From Prorocentrum cordatum (lineage: Eukaryota), in the NCBI GenBank assembly GCA_963575745.1, contig CAUYUJ010000248.1, positions 310,001 to 374,000 on the forward strand: a DNA stretch of 64,000 nucleotides. The letters are read 5' to 3'. The notes below the pieces were generated by a model, which had not been told where the DNA came from, did not search any database, and worked only from the letters and a program-made list of their open reading frames with translations. This document shows, piece after piece, positions 24,313 to 38,008 of the stretch. Positions within the stretch are counted from its first letter, which is position 1; every line of letters starts with the position of its first letter. A program made the position numbers and the translations under genes.

Positions 24313-24965
24313 TATGCTTCCACGCCTCATGCTAAGGCACGGTGGCGGGTGTCTCTCCCCCGACTCTGTCCGGAAGGTGCTCCGCCCTCTCCGCGCATGG
24401 ATTTTCGACAACAGATTTCATCAAGTGTTTCTATTATGGTTTTTCTTGGTATCGCTCGGACGTGTGCATTCTTTTCTCGGCGAGGACCATCGAGGATCAT
24501 CTTGGATCATCTGGCCAAACAAAAGCACGCACGAAACCGAGGAACGCACGGGAAATGGACGTTCGAGCGATGGCAAGTTTTACAATCTGATTGTTTCTGG
24601 TGTCTCAGACTCGTGCTCCCACTGCGTCGGGGACTTCATTTTCGCTCCGGGCCATGCTCCCGTGGTTCCGAACGGCGCTCTCGCCCCAGCGCGGGCCACC
24701 TTTCCGAGTCCAGCTCCTTTTTTATCATTGTCGCCTTCATTTCCCCTCCGCCTTCCCCTGGCCCTCCTGCTCCTCCTGCCCCTTCCACTCCAGCTCCTGC
24801 TGCTGCTGTTCGTCCTCGTCCTCTTTCTTCTCCCTCCTCCTCCTCCTCCTCCTCCTCCTCCTCCTCCTTCTGCTCCTCCTGCTCCTCCTCCTCCTCCTCC
24901 TCCTCCTCCTCCTCCTCCTCCTATTCCTCCTCCTCATTGTCATCATCAGCATCATCATCATCATC

Positions 24966-24997
<32 letters not shown>

Positions 24998-25031
24998 CAT
25001 CATCATCAGTAGCATCATCATCATAATCATC

Positions 25032-25083
<52 letters not shown>

Positions 25084-25219
25084 GTAGCATCATTATCAGC
25101 AGCAGCAGCATTATCATCATCATCCTCAGCAGCAGCATCAGCATCGTCATCATCATCATGTGCATCATCATCACCATCATCATCATCATAATCATCATTA
25201 TCAGCATCATCAGCAGCTA

Positions 25220-25283
<64 letters not shown>

Positions 25284-25907
25284 GTCGTCAGCACCATCAT
25301 CATCATGATCACCATCATGCTCCTCCACCGCCTCCTCTTCCAACGTACGCAGCTTCATTTTCCGATTGCGCACAACACGATGGGGCCCTCTTCGGAGTTC
25401 CAGGCTCGCTATGACACGCGTCGGCGAGCAGAGGAAAAAGCATCGCAATGCGGAGGGGTGGGCGGGAGGAGTCGACTGTCAGACGTGGCGCGAGCGCACC
25501 TAGCTTGCGCCCCCCCCTTGCCCCTCGCCCCCCGCCCATTGGGGCTCCCCCTCTCGCCGCCCTCCCCCCCTCTCGCCCCTCCCGCCCCCTCGCCCTTCCC
25601 CCCCCCCTCAACACTCACCCCCCGCCCATTCGGGCCCCCCCTCTACGATCACACGTGATGAGTACTACTCTCCTCTCTCTCTCTCTCCTGGCTCTGTCCA
25701 GAAGATGCTCCACCCCGTGCTCTAGCTGAACCCTGTCAGGGATCGATCGAACTTTACTTGCATCCTACTACAACGCGATCGTCGTCGTCGACGACGACAC
25801 CGACAACGACCTCGTCGTCGAGCCCCTCCCCCTTCGCGGGGAGAAGGAGGAGGAGAAAGAAGAGGAGAAGGAGAAGGAGGAGGAGGAGGAGGAGGAGGAG
25901 GAGGAGG

Positions 25908-26020
25908 AGGATCCAGAGTCCAGGATCCAGGATCCAGGATCCAGAATCCAGGATCCAGGATCCAGGATCCAGAATCCAGGATCCAGGATCCACGATCGAG
26001 CATCGAGCACCGAGGATCGA
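25908..26020. repeat. (GGATCCA)n heptamer repeat
   Basis: Directly visible. Confidence 0.85.
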
Positions 26021-28660
26021 GGAGGGGAGCACTCGGGGGCCCCCCGCTGCCACCCCCACGGCGCCGCGGCCGAGGACTTCCTCGCTTCCGCTGGCATGCA
26101 GCGGGCGAGCGGCCACGCGGCGCCGGCTGAGGGCGAGGAGGACCGCTTGCCTGGGGGGCGGCGGCCCGCGGGCCGCGTCGGCCCGACCAGCCCGCGGGCT
26201 CCCGCGCCGGGGGCCAGGGAGGTCTCGCGCCCTGCCGGTCCCCGCGAGTCATGAAAGACTCAATACTCGGGCGGGGCTCGGACTAGAAGGAATTCGTTCG
26301 GGAGCATGCTGGAACGCTCTCAGAGCGTTCCCGAATGTTCTGAGACGGCCGCGGCGCCCGATACATCTTCCAGAGCGGCCAGATCTCAGAGATTCTCGAT
26401 TTGTCCTCACCTGACTGACCTCTTCGTCTTGGCCTCGTCTGAAAAACGTCAGGTTCTCCGTTGTCTTCGGCCTCTGGGGGCCCTTACCGGGCCCCGGGAT
26501 TGCCAATAAACGATGCAGGATGAAGAACCAGTCCCAGGGAATGGGTCGAGACCTCCAGCGGCGACGACAGGGGCGAATAGCCTGGGGGCGGGCATTACAC
26601 GCATTCGCCCGGGAGGCTCGCCGAAGACACGGACCACTGACACTGGTCCTCGGATGCATGTATTGCTCTTCCCTGGGCTGTTCGCCCCCATCGTCGCCCC
26701 CGAGACCTGGAGGTCTCATGACAAAAATGAAGACTGCGAGGTTTCGGCTCGACGGGCATCCCCATGCCGCGGGGGAACGGAGGCGGGTCGTCCGAGAGTG
26801 GGGTGGTTACCAGCCTGGGAAATGTGCCTATGCCTACGCACTCGGTGGCGATGCGCGGCAGAGACTGATCAGTGGCTCCCCCTCCCCCCTCCTCCTCCTC
26901 CTCCTCCTCCTCCTCCTCCTCATCCTCCTCCTTCTCCTCCTCCTCCTCCCCTCTTCCTCCCCTCTTCCTTCTCCTCCTCCTCCTCATCCTCATCCTCATC
27001 CTTCTCCTCCTCCTCCTCCTCCTCCTCCTCCTCCTCGTCCTCCTCCTCCGCCTCCTCCTCCTCCTCCTCCTCCTCCTCCCCTCTTCCTCCCTTCTTCCTC
27101 TCCTCTTCCACCTCCTCCTCCTCCTCCGCAGCAGCAGCAGCAGCTCGGACTTCTAGGCCCATCCCAGGCCCTGAGCAAACAAGTCCTAAGCTTAGCTGCC
27201 CTGTTGCGCCCGACCTGAAACGCAACACGCCCCGTGTTGAAAACCTTCGTCCCTCATGATCCGCCCTCTCCTCTTCCTTCGTCCTCCTTCCTCCTGTTGC
27301 AAGTGCATTGTCGAGTTGTTGTTCAGGCCACGGTGCATTCCAGGAGTTTGCCTACTGCAGGTTGGCTTGTGCGTTGTTCCCTGTTTGCCTGGCGACTATT
27401 TGGTTCGCGCCGCGGCTGTGTCACCTGTGGCGTTTTGCGTGATGCGTCATTATCCCTATGATTGACATCACCTTACCTCGATGCCGATCTTAAGGGTTCC
27501 CTCAGTTTCTGAGGGCGCATCCCTAAGATTGTCATCGCCGTCTGGCGTGCCAGTCAGAGGGAGAGGGATACGCTCGAGAATGGTTGGGTGAGGACTAGAG
27601 AGGCGGTTCAATGTCATGGCCGGGGCCATGGAATCCCACCCGATTTCACGGCCTTTTCTTTTTCTTCCTTCGATACGTCCTCTGGCCTCCCCTGGGCCGC
27701 GCACGTGCCTCGGGCCATGGTTTGCGAACCTTCCTCCCGGACGCACCCGACGGAGGGATGGTCGAGGCTTCATGGAACGCTGGTTGGTCGTGTTCTGAAC
27801 CTCCGAAGGCTTCTGGGGACCTCCAGGGGCCTCCGGGGGAGAAGGAGGAGAAGGAGGGGGAGGGGGAGGAGGGGGAGGAGGAGGAGGAGGAGGAGGAGGA
27901 GGAGGAGGAGGAGGAGGAGGAGGAGGAATGGGAGGAGGAGGAGAAGGAGCAGGAGGAGAGTGAATCCAGCATGCGGGTCGTCTTCAAGAAATCTGGCGAT
28001 ATGCCGATGTTGGAAAGCAGCCGCCCTCAATGTATAAGTTCCAAGCTCTAGGATAATATTCTAAAAAGACGTTTTTGAAAAAAAGAACGCCCACCATCTG
28101 TGTAGCTGTCGGACAATTCAAGCACTGTACCCGTAGAATTCGATGATGCCTAAGGCGAGAGCCACATGTTGAACACGTACCGCCCTCTGTCCATGTAGTA
28201 GTTGGGATTACACAGTTGCTTGAGCACACCATGCGAGGAAGTATCAAGCGAAAGTCACATTATGAAATGGTATTGTCCTCCATCCGTGTAGTTCTTGGTT
28301 TTAGTAACGTTGACGACGAAGGTGCTTGGCATTCAGGCGAAAACCACCGTTTGGTTAGACCGCCTTGCTTCCGTGAAGCTGTGGCAACCACTCAAGTTGA
28401 GGGGAGAGCCACATGTTGAAACACAGCTGCCCTCCACGTGTGCCCCAGTCGGACATGCCAAGCGTTGCGTATGATAATACTTGCACCAGCGTGGACCCCA
28501 AACAGTGACTTATTGCACGCTGGATGTGCAAGCTATGTGGTGCAGGCTAAGTGGTGAAAGCTGGTTGATGCGAGCTACTTCGTGAAAGCCATGTGGTGCA
28601 AGATGGTGGGAGGAAGCTATGCGGTGCAAGCAATGTGGTGCAAGCAATGCGACGCAAGCT

Positions 28661-28845
28661 ACGGTGGAGGGAGGAAATTAAGCAACACACCCCACTCCCC
28701 CGCAATTCAAAGCTGGCGCGTTCCTTGAAGACCACTCGGAGGCCCAAAATCGGAAGATCCGAAACCAACATTGCATTCCGCAGGAGGGGGGGGAGTTCAA
28801 ACCATGTGTTCTGCATGAGTGTTGCCTAATTGTTTCCGACACCTG
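28661..28845. mobile_element. MITE copy 2, same family as 24118-24312
   Basis: Shares AAATTAAGCAACAC...CCTTGAAGACCACTCGGAGGCCCAAAATCGGAAGAT...GTGTTGCCTAATT. Confidence 0.75.
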
Positions 28846-31368
28846 CACGTGGTGCAAGCGAGCGCACGGGGGTCGCCCACGGGCGGGCATTGCGAGAAAA
28901 CCTTGACAGTCTTCCCAGCACGAGGCGCCCACGGGCCGGCCCGGGGCGAAAATCCGGATCACCCTCCCAGCACGATTCGGCCACAGGCTGGAACCAGGCG
29001 AAAACTCGGAATACCATCAAATTGTTTGCGAGAGCAAGTAAGAACCCTATTTTCAAGCATTGTTTGAGGAGCACTGCGAGGGGTTTAGAAGTGAAGCGCC
29101 GAGACATTTGTACGTACCGACACGCTTAGTGGTGCGACGAGGACGTTTTATCTTGTTTGTTGAATAGGAGATGGAGGGAGTGTAGGGGGGAGGAGGAGGG
29201 GGAAGGACGAGGATGAGGAGGAGAGGGAGGATGAGGAGGAGGGAGGAAGAGCAAAAGTAGTGGGAGGAGGAGGTGAAGGAGGAGGGGGAGGAGGAGGAGG
29301 AGAAGGAGGAGGAGGAGAAGAGGGAGGGTGAGGAGGGGGAGGTGCAGAGGCGGAGAGGGAGCAGGCGAAGGAGAAAGTGGAAGTGGGGGAGGAATAGGGC
29401 TTGGCGGCTCGCTTCCCGTTGTCCCTCCACTCGCGGATGCCCAGGGAGCCTTCGAAGCGAAGCGATCCTGTTCGGCTTCGCCGTCTCGTCGGTCAAGTCT
29501 GGGTTTCCACACTACCGCGAGCGCCAGTGTATTGCACACTGACGGGTAGTTGCTTGCACTATCATGACATGGTTGGAGGCAGCCTCGTGTTCAACAAACG
29601 GATGCACGCTCGTGCATTTTAGAGAAACTTCCTGTTGCCGCCGTTGGGTTTTGCTCGCGCGACCGATCGCAGCAGATTCTAGAGGGGGCCTTCACCCTAG
29701 AAGTACAACGTGTTGCACATCCGAACACGGTTAACAACAATTCTTTGCTCACGCGTCTCGGGCGAGGGCCAAGGAAATAGAGCCAGAGCCCAGTATCCTC
29801 CAAACTTGTTTTTACTGCCAGGGTGGGAAGGCCAAAAAACAGCGATCAATGACCCCAGAAGAGCCCTAGCTGCTGTTGGTGGCCATCCGTTGCATTCATC
29901 GTTGATGGTACGACAAAGAACAGGAAGGGAGGAGGAGGGAAGGGGGTCGATGCCGACGACGAGGAGGACCGATGAGGAAGGAGAAGGGGGTCGACGTCGC
30001 CGACGACGAGGAGGACCAACGACGAGGAGGGGGGGGGGGCGACGACGCCGACGACGAGGGCCGACGTGACGACGAGGAGGGAGGAGGGGGGGCGTTGTCG
30101 CCGACGAACGACGAGGACCCACGGTGCGGAGGGAGGAGGGGGGGGCGACGACGCCGACGACGAGGGACGACGAGGACGTCCTCCGCGACAGTGCCGCCGC
30201 TGCCCCGGGGCAGCCCCACCCGGGCGAGCCCGCCGGCCGCGAGCGGGCGCGCTTGGGGTGAGCTCGGCGCCACCCCACCATACTCATACTATATGTGCGT
30301 CGCCCCCCCCAGGGGCGACGCGCACACCGAGAAATCTTATAGTATATGCGGCGTGGCGGACGCTTTCTGGCCACACCGCCCGGGAAACGATATGCTGCAA
30401 GACGGGTATGATATGTGTTCGGGTCGGACGCGCGCCTCCAAGGAGGACATGTAGTATTAGTATGCCTCTGTGCGTCCCGTGAGCCTCCTGTCAGAGGCAG
30501 CTTTGCGGGGGAGGACAGTCGCAGGCTGGAGGGGGGAGGTTTGGGGATGTTCTCGTCGGTGCCCGGCGACCCTCCAGCGGCTGCGCCTCGCCGAGAGCGT
30601 TCGGTGGGTGCCCGGATCGTCCCAAACGGCTGCCGAGACCCGAGTTATGACCCGTTGGGGCAACGTTTTGGGGGGGAACACGGTCGGGAATTGTGGCATA
30701 GCGTGTCGCTCCGCTGGCTCTGGCCCACCACCCTTCGGCGCGACACGCTATCCATTTCCGAGTCCCCGGGCTTCGACGTCCCGAGCCTTTCCCCGAGCCT
30801 CCCAACCCGCCGAGCAGAGTGACGCGCTATCGGCTCGCAGGGCACAGCGTGTCGCTGGGCCGTTGCGGCGACACGCTAAGCAAGAGTTCCCGACCGTAGG
30901 CCCAGGGCATCGACCCCCGATCACCCATGGATCGCCGATGGGGGCCTGATAGACCGCACTGCCCAGGAACGTGCGGCTGCACTATCGGGGGTCTATCGCC
31001 TACCGAGGATGTATCGCCGATTCCAGGTCGAAGTTGCCTCTCTGAGCCATTCCACTCCTAACGTTTCCCCCTCGCCACCTCAGGAAGGGCACCTAAGACG
31101 AGGCCTGCACTGGGACAAAGTCGGACCGGGACAGCTTGGGGATCTCGACGATCTGGCGGTTCCGGAGGGTGCATCGGGCGTTGCGGCCGTTCCGGAGCGC
31201 TCCAGGTCTAGGTCGCTTAGAATGGGATAAATCGTTCCAGAGAACGCTCTGGAACGACTTAAACCCCGTTCTTAGCCCCGCCCGAGCACCAACGCAGGGC
31301 ACCCGCAGTGAGGAAGTTCCCAAGCAGACAAGAACAGCCCTCACGGCAGGCCTGGGGGTGGGAGCGTC

Positions 31369-32472
31369 CAGCGACCTCGGCCCTCGATCCTCAGACCTCA
31401 ACCTCCCAGGCAGAGGTGCCGCAGACAGGCGATCTGGCTCCCGCTTGGTCGTCGTCGTGGTCGTCGTATGCATCGCCGCCGCCGCCGTCGCCGCCATCGT
31501 GTTCGTCGTCGCCGTCGTTGCCATCGCCGTCGCCGTCGCCGTCTTCGTCGTCGTCGGTCGTGCTGCATGCGCTCTGCCCTCCCGGGCCGTCACCGCCGGA
31601 GGATCCACCCGCCTCGTCCCGCTCGGCCATCTTCGAGTGAGGCGGCCTAGAGCAGTCAGGGGCAACGATACGGGGGGATAGGCTCAGGGGGTGACGCATC
31701 GACACCCAATCGCCCATTCATCGCCAGTAGAGGCCCAACAGCCCCGCCCTGCCCAGGAATGTGCGGCTGCGCTATCGGGGGCCTATAGGATGTATCGCCG
31801 ATTCCAGCTCAATGTTCCCCCCCCATGCCCTATGCCAGTACTCTGGCGGTTTTCGTGCCATGATTCGGGCCTCCAGCGGCCGTTCGGGACAGTTCCAGCA
31901 CCTCCAGAACGCCCTCGGCGAGGCGCAGCCGCCTGGGAGGCAGGCACCCCGAGGCTGGAAAGCCACCGAGAACCCACGAGAACGCCAGAAAACCACAAGC
32001 CCAACCCGTTGCCCCTCAGCCTTGGCAATTCGGACCTCCCTCGAAAACTCGAACCTCGAAGCCGTCCCCCGTCATCGCTGCCCTCAAGTGGGGCGCGCGC
32101 CATCGGCGATCTGTCGGCGATGCATCGCCGATTCCGGCTCGATGCTCCCCCTTTCTCGTTGCCCCTCACTTGGGGGCGCGATCCCTCACCCGAGTCCGAG
32201 GCTTCGAGTGAGGCGGCGCCGCTCTCCCCGGCGGGCCGGCCCACTGCGCGGGCGGCCGGCCGCGCGGCCGCTCGGCGCTGTAGACCCGCGTGGTGCGCCT
32301 CGGCCGAGGCGGAGGCATGGGAAGAAGGAGACCGTCGAGCCTATGCAGGCGGCGGCGGCGGCGGCGATTAGCACGACGAGAACGCTGGACGACCAGGTGG
32401 GAGCCAGATCGCCTGCCTGCGGCGCTGCTGCCTGCGAGGTGGAGGTCCGAGGATGAAGGGCCGAGGTCGCTT
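31369..32472. mobile_element. Non-autonomous element with ~120-bp imperfect terminal inverted repeats
   Basis: AGCGACCTCGGCCCT...CAGGCGATCTGGCTCCC (31370-31443) is the reverse complement of GGGAGCCAGATCGCCTG...AGGGCCGAGGTCGCT (32399-32471). Confidence 0.6.
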
Positions 32473-35400
32473 GGCCAGGAAATTGATGTCTTGCTGCAGT
32501 TCGTCATGCTCAGCGGGGGCCATTGCATTCGAAGAGCGCATGCGGGCCGTAAGAACACGGGTCTGTGAGAGGCCAGGGATTGGTGGTAGTATTTGAGAGA
32601 AGTGGTGAGAATCGGCTTTGCGCGAACGGCGCGTGTGAGAAGGTGCGCGGGCTTCCCAGAAAGGGGCCCAGGAGCTTTGAGAGTGAGTTGCGGTTTGCAC
32701 CGTCAGACTTGGAGTCCCGTAGCCCGCCAGGGCTTCAAGGGTAGGAGAAAAGAAGAAGAACCAAAAGAAGGGGAGGAAGAGGGGGGAGCGAGAGGAAGAA
32801 AGAGGATGAGGAAGAGGAGCCTACCCATCTTTGAGTGCAGCACCGCATTGGTCACAATGCCAGAAAGCGGGCCTCCAGGAATAGAAACATCATTCCCGTG
32901 GACCGCTTCCCTGCCGATGTGCCCCCTGACTTTGCCAGACAAGGCCACTCAGCATAGCAGGGGAGGTTTCCCTGCCCCACGCCTCCCTGGTTCCTTCCCC
33001 GCTCAGGCGGCTGCGCGTCGCAGCGACCGTCAGCTCGGCCCCTGGTCCTCCAGCTCCAGCGGCTCAACCTCATCGTGGGGCCCCTGGGACTCCTGAGTGC
33101 ACATGGTTCAGCCTGTGCCCTCCTGGCAGTCGGACGACCGTGTTGACCCGTCCACGGTCCTTGGCGGCGATGCCCACGGCACCCTCTTGTCCGCTCGCCC
33201 CGGTGCTTGAGACGTGGATCGCCCTGGTGTTGGTCAGCTCTCAGACGTCAGCTTCCTGCTCGAGGGTGCGAGTGGCTTACCTGATCCGGTGGTTCAGGCG
33301 TGGTACGGTGCTGATTCCAGCGTTGCCCTGGCTACCTCGCTCGTCCTACCGGGATCTTCCCGTGGACGGTCGTCTGCAGGATCAGTACTCCCTTCAGGAG
33401 TCTTGGTGTGCGACTTTGGTGGCGCCACCTTACGCACCAGTTTAGGGCCAGTATGTTCCACCCTTGGCAGCTGACTCAGTGTACTGCCTGGTTGATTCCC
33501 TGGCCACATCCTGGTACGACCCCCGCGAAATTCTGGCTGCGCCCCAACCCTGGTTGGTTAATCTTGCACGTGCGCGCTCCTGGATTTGGCCCCTGGCAGC
33601 CGCAGCCTGCACCTCCCCCTCACGCCGGCCCGCCCGCCGAGGCGCTGCTGAGGTCGCCGGCCGTCGGCGTTTGGCAATTCGGCTCTTGCGCGGCCCGCTC
33701 GGACCTCTCTCGCCGCTGGCGCTTTCGCCTGCGGTTGCGACAAAAAGTATTCCGCATGCTCTCTCGGAGCGGGGGGGGGCTCGCCGCAATTGCCAGATGA
33801 GTTTCGCATTTCTGGTCGGAAGCGCTCCGGGAGAGGGCGGGGGATCGAGCCTCAAGGAGGGGCAGCACCTGTCGGCAGGGGATCCGAGTGGGGCGTCGCC
33901 CCCGGGAGTGCCGGTTCCCGGGCTCGGGAGCTCCATGGGTACGTCTCGCCCGCCAGGGGATCCCAGGAAATTGTGCGACAGCCCAGGACCTTAGCTGCCT
34001 CGCTACGCCCGTTTTGATACGCAACACGTACCGTGCTCAGAAGGTCCGTATCAAGACGTTGCGTGTTGGCTCGGTGCGTTGGCCCACGTTTTGGCGAACG
34101 CATCGCGTCATACCTACGTGTTCAGTCTACGTGTTGAGCACAGTATCTCTACACTACGTGTCGCGTGTTGCGTATCGGGGCAGCGAAGCCCAGGACGCGA
34201 AACCCAAACTCATTTCTGGATCTGCGTTTTGGCGAACTGCTTGGGTAACTTCGCTTTTCAAATTTGAATGTGATGTTATGGACCACTCCGCCAAAGCATT
34301 TGCAGCTGTTGTTGTGCAGCGCCGCCGCACGGCGTGCCTTAGCATCGTTCGCGGGTGTTGCTTGGAAGCTGCTGGCCAGGATGTAGCATGCCCTCGGTGA
34401 GTCTTAGGTTCTTCCGAGGTGCGAAAGAGCGCGCTCGTGGAGCATTTCTCATAAAAAAAGGGGGGCAGCTTCAAGCTACCCCCCCCCTCTCCCTCCCTTG
34501 GGAAGGGGGCGGCGGGGGGCTTCCGAAGCTACCCCCCTCCCCTTTGTGGACATTTCGGAGCCAGGGAGGCCCTGGCCTCAAGGGGGGGTGGGGGGGCTTG
34601 GAAGCTATCCCCCTCCATCATTCCTCTTCGGGGCCAAACGTCAGCCTGGGTTTCCTTTTCGAAGGGGGTGGGGCTTCGGAAGCTCCCCCGCACATCTTTT
34701 TCGCAGCTGAGATTGCCGTGCCAAGGGGGGGATTCAAAGCTACCCACTTCCCCCCTCTTTTTCCAGAGCCCAAGGCCAGCCCGGGCTTACCTTACAAGGG
34801 GGGGGCTTATGAAGCTACCCCCCCTCCCTTTCGCAGGTGAGATCGCCGTGCCAAGTGGGGTGGGCTTCAAAGCTCCCATCCCCCCTCCGTTTCCAGAGCC
34901 CAGGGTTAGCCCGGTTACCCGGGCTTCCCTTTCAAGGGGGGGGCTTCGGAAGTTGCCCCCCTTTTCCTTTTCGCAGCTGGTATTGGTTTGCCAAGGGGGG
35001 GCGGGGGCCTCAAAGCTACTCCTTTTTCTTTGCTTTTTCGTTGCTGGGTTTGCATCGCCCAAGGGGGGGGAGGAGGAGGAGGAGGAGGAAGAGGAGGAGG
35101 AGGAGGAGGAGGAGGAAGAGGAAGAAGAAGAAGAAGAGAAGAATAATAATAAGAAAAATAAGAAAATCAGAAGAAGAATAATAAAAAGAAGAAGACGAAT
35201 CAGAATAATAGTAATAATAATACTAATAATAAGAAGAATAATAATAATAATAAGAATAATAATAAGAAGAGGAGGAGGAGGAGGAGGAGGAGGAGAGGGA
35301 GGAGGAGGAGGAGGAGGAGGACGTTCGCCCACAGGGGGGGGGAGGGAACGTTCGGACGTGCGAAGATGAGTATCGTCTGTGGTCTTCCTCGGGGCCGCCG

Positions 35401-35919
35401 GTTCGCCGGGGTGGGGGTGCAACATACCTCTGGCGCGCGCGCGGGGTAGATTGGGGGCGCGCATCAAGAAACCATATGCTTTTCGTCAGTGTATCCTGCG
35501 TGCAGGGTGCTCCGGGGTTCCCCTCAGGTGCACCTGTCGCGCGGGATTTCAGGGTTGGGTTTCTTGCGAGGGTTTCTTGCGGCCGCGCCCGCACTGTATG
35601 TGTGTCTATGCGTTCACGGGGTTCCACGTGGGCGTGCACAACTGCGTGCGCCGAGAGGGGGCCAACGGCGGGGGGACTCAGCATGCGCCTTGTCTTCCTT
35701 CGTGGTAAACGGGTTGCAGAGCGCTGTCCCTCGTGAAAATCCTGCTGCGGAGCGGTCTGCGCATGATGCACGATACAGCACGAGGTATGGAGACCCTGAA
35801 ATTGCTCACGGAAGCTGAACATTTGTTTTTTTGCGTGTCCGCTCGAGGATGGCGCGTCCCGAGCGCAGGCATTTCGAGGAACGGAATGACCTGCGATAAA
35901 TAGCGAGGTAGAATCTGAT

Positions 35920-36377
35920 TTGTCGCAACCATCCTGTGGTATTGGGTCTTCGTTTTGAAGAGACGGTTCCCCGCGCCCTTCTCCTCTCCTCTCTTCCTCC
36001 TTCCTCCTCCTCCCGTCCCCCCCGTCACCCTGGCACACCCCTAACACGCTTCGTGGTTCCGTATGGAGCTCCACCGAAGGCGCCAGTGGCTGCGTTCGCA
36101 TGCCGCCACTTGTCCACTTTGGCACACCCCTCGCACGCTTCGTGGCCCCATAGGGAGCTCCACCGAAGGCCCCAGTGGCTGCGTTCACATGCCGCCTCCT
36201 GTCCACTTTGGCCCGCTCCTCACACGTTTCGTGGCCCCGAAGGGAGCTCCACCGAAGGCCCCCGTGGCTGCGTCCACCTGCCGCCTCCTGTCCACTTTGG
36301 AACACCCCTCACACATTTCGTGGCCCCAGTAGCTGCGTTCGCATGCGGCCCCCACTCCACTTTGGCGCACCCCTCAC
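35920..36377 (+). mobile_element. HINE-like 5' end followed by an 89-bp tandem repeat (~4 units), truncated by the YR retrotransposon
   Basis: Degenerate hairpin end CAACCATCCTGTGGTATTGGGTCTTCGTTTTGAA; GAGCTCCACCGAAGG at 36066, 36155 and 36244 (period 89). Confidence 0.55.
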
Positions 36378-36423
36378 TATCGCCATCGTTCTATTGACAC
36401 GATCGCTCCAGTTTTCTCCGGCT

Positions 36424-36858
36424 ATGCAAGTAGCCCGCGCCACGATCTTTGAGCTCGCGCGCGGCGTCAGCACCGGGGCGGCAATGTGGGGTGCGGCCCA
36501 GCCGTGCCCAGCCTGCGCCCCAGTCCTGCACTGCCCTGCTGTGCCGGCAACCACTTGCGTCTGTGAGACGCCGTCGCCGCGGGCGGTGGCCGGCGGGGTG
36601 ACGGTGTTGACTCTGCTGGTCATCGCCGCGTACGTGCTCGGTGCCGCGTGGAGGCTCCCGACCGTCGAGCGGCGCTCGGCGTACGAGGCTGGGCCGACAG
36701 TCGTGGTGAAGGAGGCGGTCCCGTCGCTTGAGGACCAGGCTCGGGCGCAGCTGTCCTTCGTGCGGAGCCGCGGTGCTGCATCTCGAGCACGCCCGATCTC
36801 GACCATTACGAGGACTCGTGCACCGTCGGGCTCGACTTCGTCAGTGTGCACGGTTTGA
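36424..36858 (+). CDS. 5' small ORF of the YR element: Cys-rich segment plus one predicted TM helix
   Basis: MQVARATIFELARG...PCPACAPVLHCPAVPATTCVCE...VAGGVTVLTLLVIAAYVLGAAW; ATG lies at the end of repeat A1. Confidence 0.45.
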   Translation: MQVARATIFELARGVSTGAAMWGAAQPCPACAPVLHCPAVPATTCVCETPSPRAVAGGVTVLTLLVIAAYVLGAAWRLPTVERRSAYEAGPTVVVKEAVPSLEDQARAQLSFVRSRGAASRARPISTITRTRAPSGSTSSVCTV

Positions 36859-38008
36859 CATACGGTAGGGAGGTGCCGCCTGGGGTCGCAGCAGGACAGG
36901 TTCACGGTTTCCGTGCGGCGCCGGCCCAGGCGATGATCGACGCCTTCGCGATGTTCGGGGCTCACCACCTGGGTGTGCCGTGCGTGTCGCTGCCGCTCGC
37001 GTGCCACTTCAACCCGCCCGGCGGTGATGCAGGCGCGGCTGCGGCCGCGGCGGCCGGCGCAGCACCAGATGCCGAGCCGCCTGTCGGGGCGGCCGCGGCC
37101 TTGGTGCCCGCGGGGGGGGCGCTGCCTGCCCCAGGAGGCGGAGGCCTCTTGCCCCAGGTGGCGCCGCGCTAGGCATCCCGCCTGGATTGGGCGGAGGCGC
37201 CGCCGCCGCTGCGGCCGCGCCGGGCGGCATGCTGGTGCCTCTGCCTGGGCTCAGCTGGTACGCCGTGGAGGATCGTGGAGGCTACTCGATGGGCGACGTC
37301 GTTTGCCGCCAGCTGCCGCCAGGCGCCCTTGCGCTCGGCGACCGCGCCCTCCTCCACGTGGCTGGCGTCTCGGTGGCGGTAGCGCAGCTCTCCGCTGCGG
37401 ACGCGCTGGTGCTGGCCCAGGGTGATGCTCGCACGTTGGCTGTCAGATATGATGTCCAGGGCGAGCGCCGTCGCTCATGGGGCGACGCAATGGCCAAACC
37501 CTCGGAGGAGCACATGCCTTGGGATTTCCAGGGCCCTCGCACCGTCCTCTAGTTCATAAAGCACGTGCGGGACAACGGCAACAGTGCCTTCCACTCGCAC
37601 GAGAATTGGGCGCGGCTCTCCGAGGTGCCGCCGGGGGATCGGAGCATCTACGAGCATGGGGTTCGCAGCCGCATCCTCGACACAGCGGCGATGCAGGATC
37701 AATTGAACTACCCGTCTCTCCTGTGCATGGAGCTGGCCTCGCGACGTCTCGCGCTGATCAAGGAGGCGCACCGAGTCTCGCCGAGCCAGCCCGACTACAG
37801 CGCTGCCGACCAGCTCATGGGCTGTAGTCGCCGCGCGGGGGACGAGGCCATCGCGCCCAGCCTCTCGGCCCACGTCGCCGACCGGCTCAGGCAGGAGTCG
37901 GCGATCTTGAAGGAGGCTAGGAAGGCGCGGGAGGAGACCAACGCGAGGGCCAAGGGTCGCGGCAAGACAGAGGGCGCGGCGGCTGCCGAAACCGCAGGCG
38001 AGAAATGA
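36790..38008 (+). pseudogene. gag-like ORF1 of the YR retrotransposon, with in-frame TAG stops at 37169 and 37550
   Basis: Single frame TPDLDHYED...GDARTLAVRYDVQGERRRSW...GPRTVL*...DQLNYPSLLCMELASRR...LKEARKAREE; its stop overlaps the RT ATG (ATGA at 38005). Confidence 0.7.
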
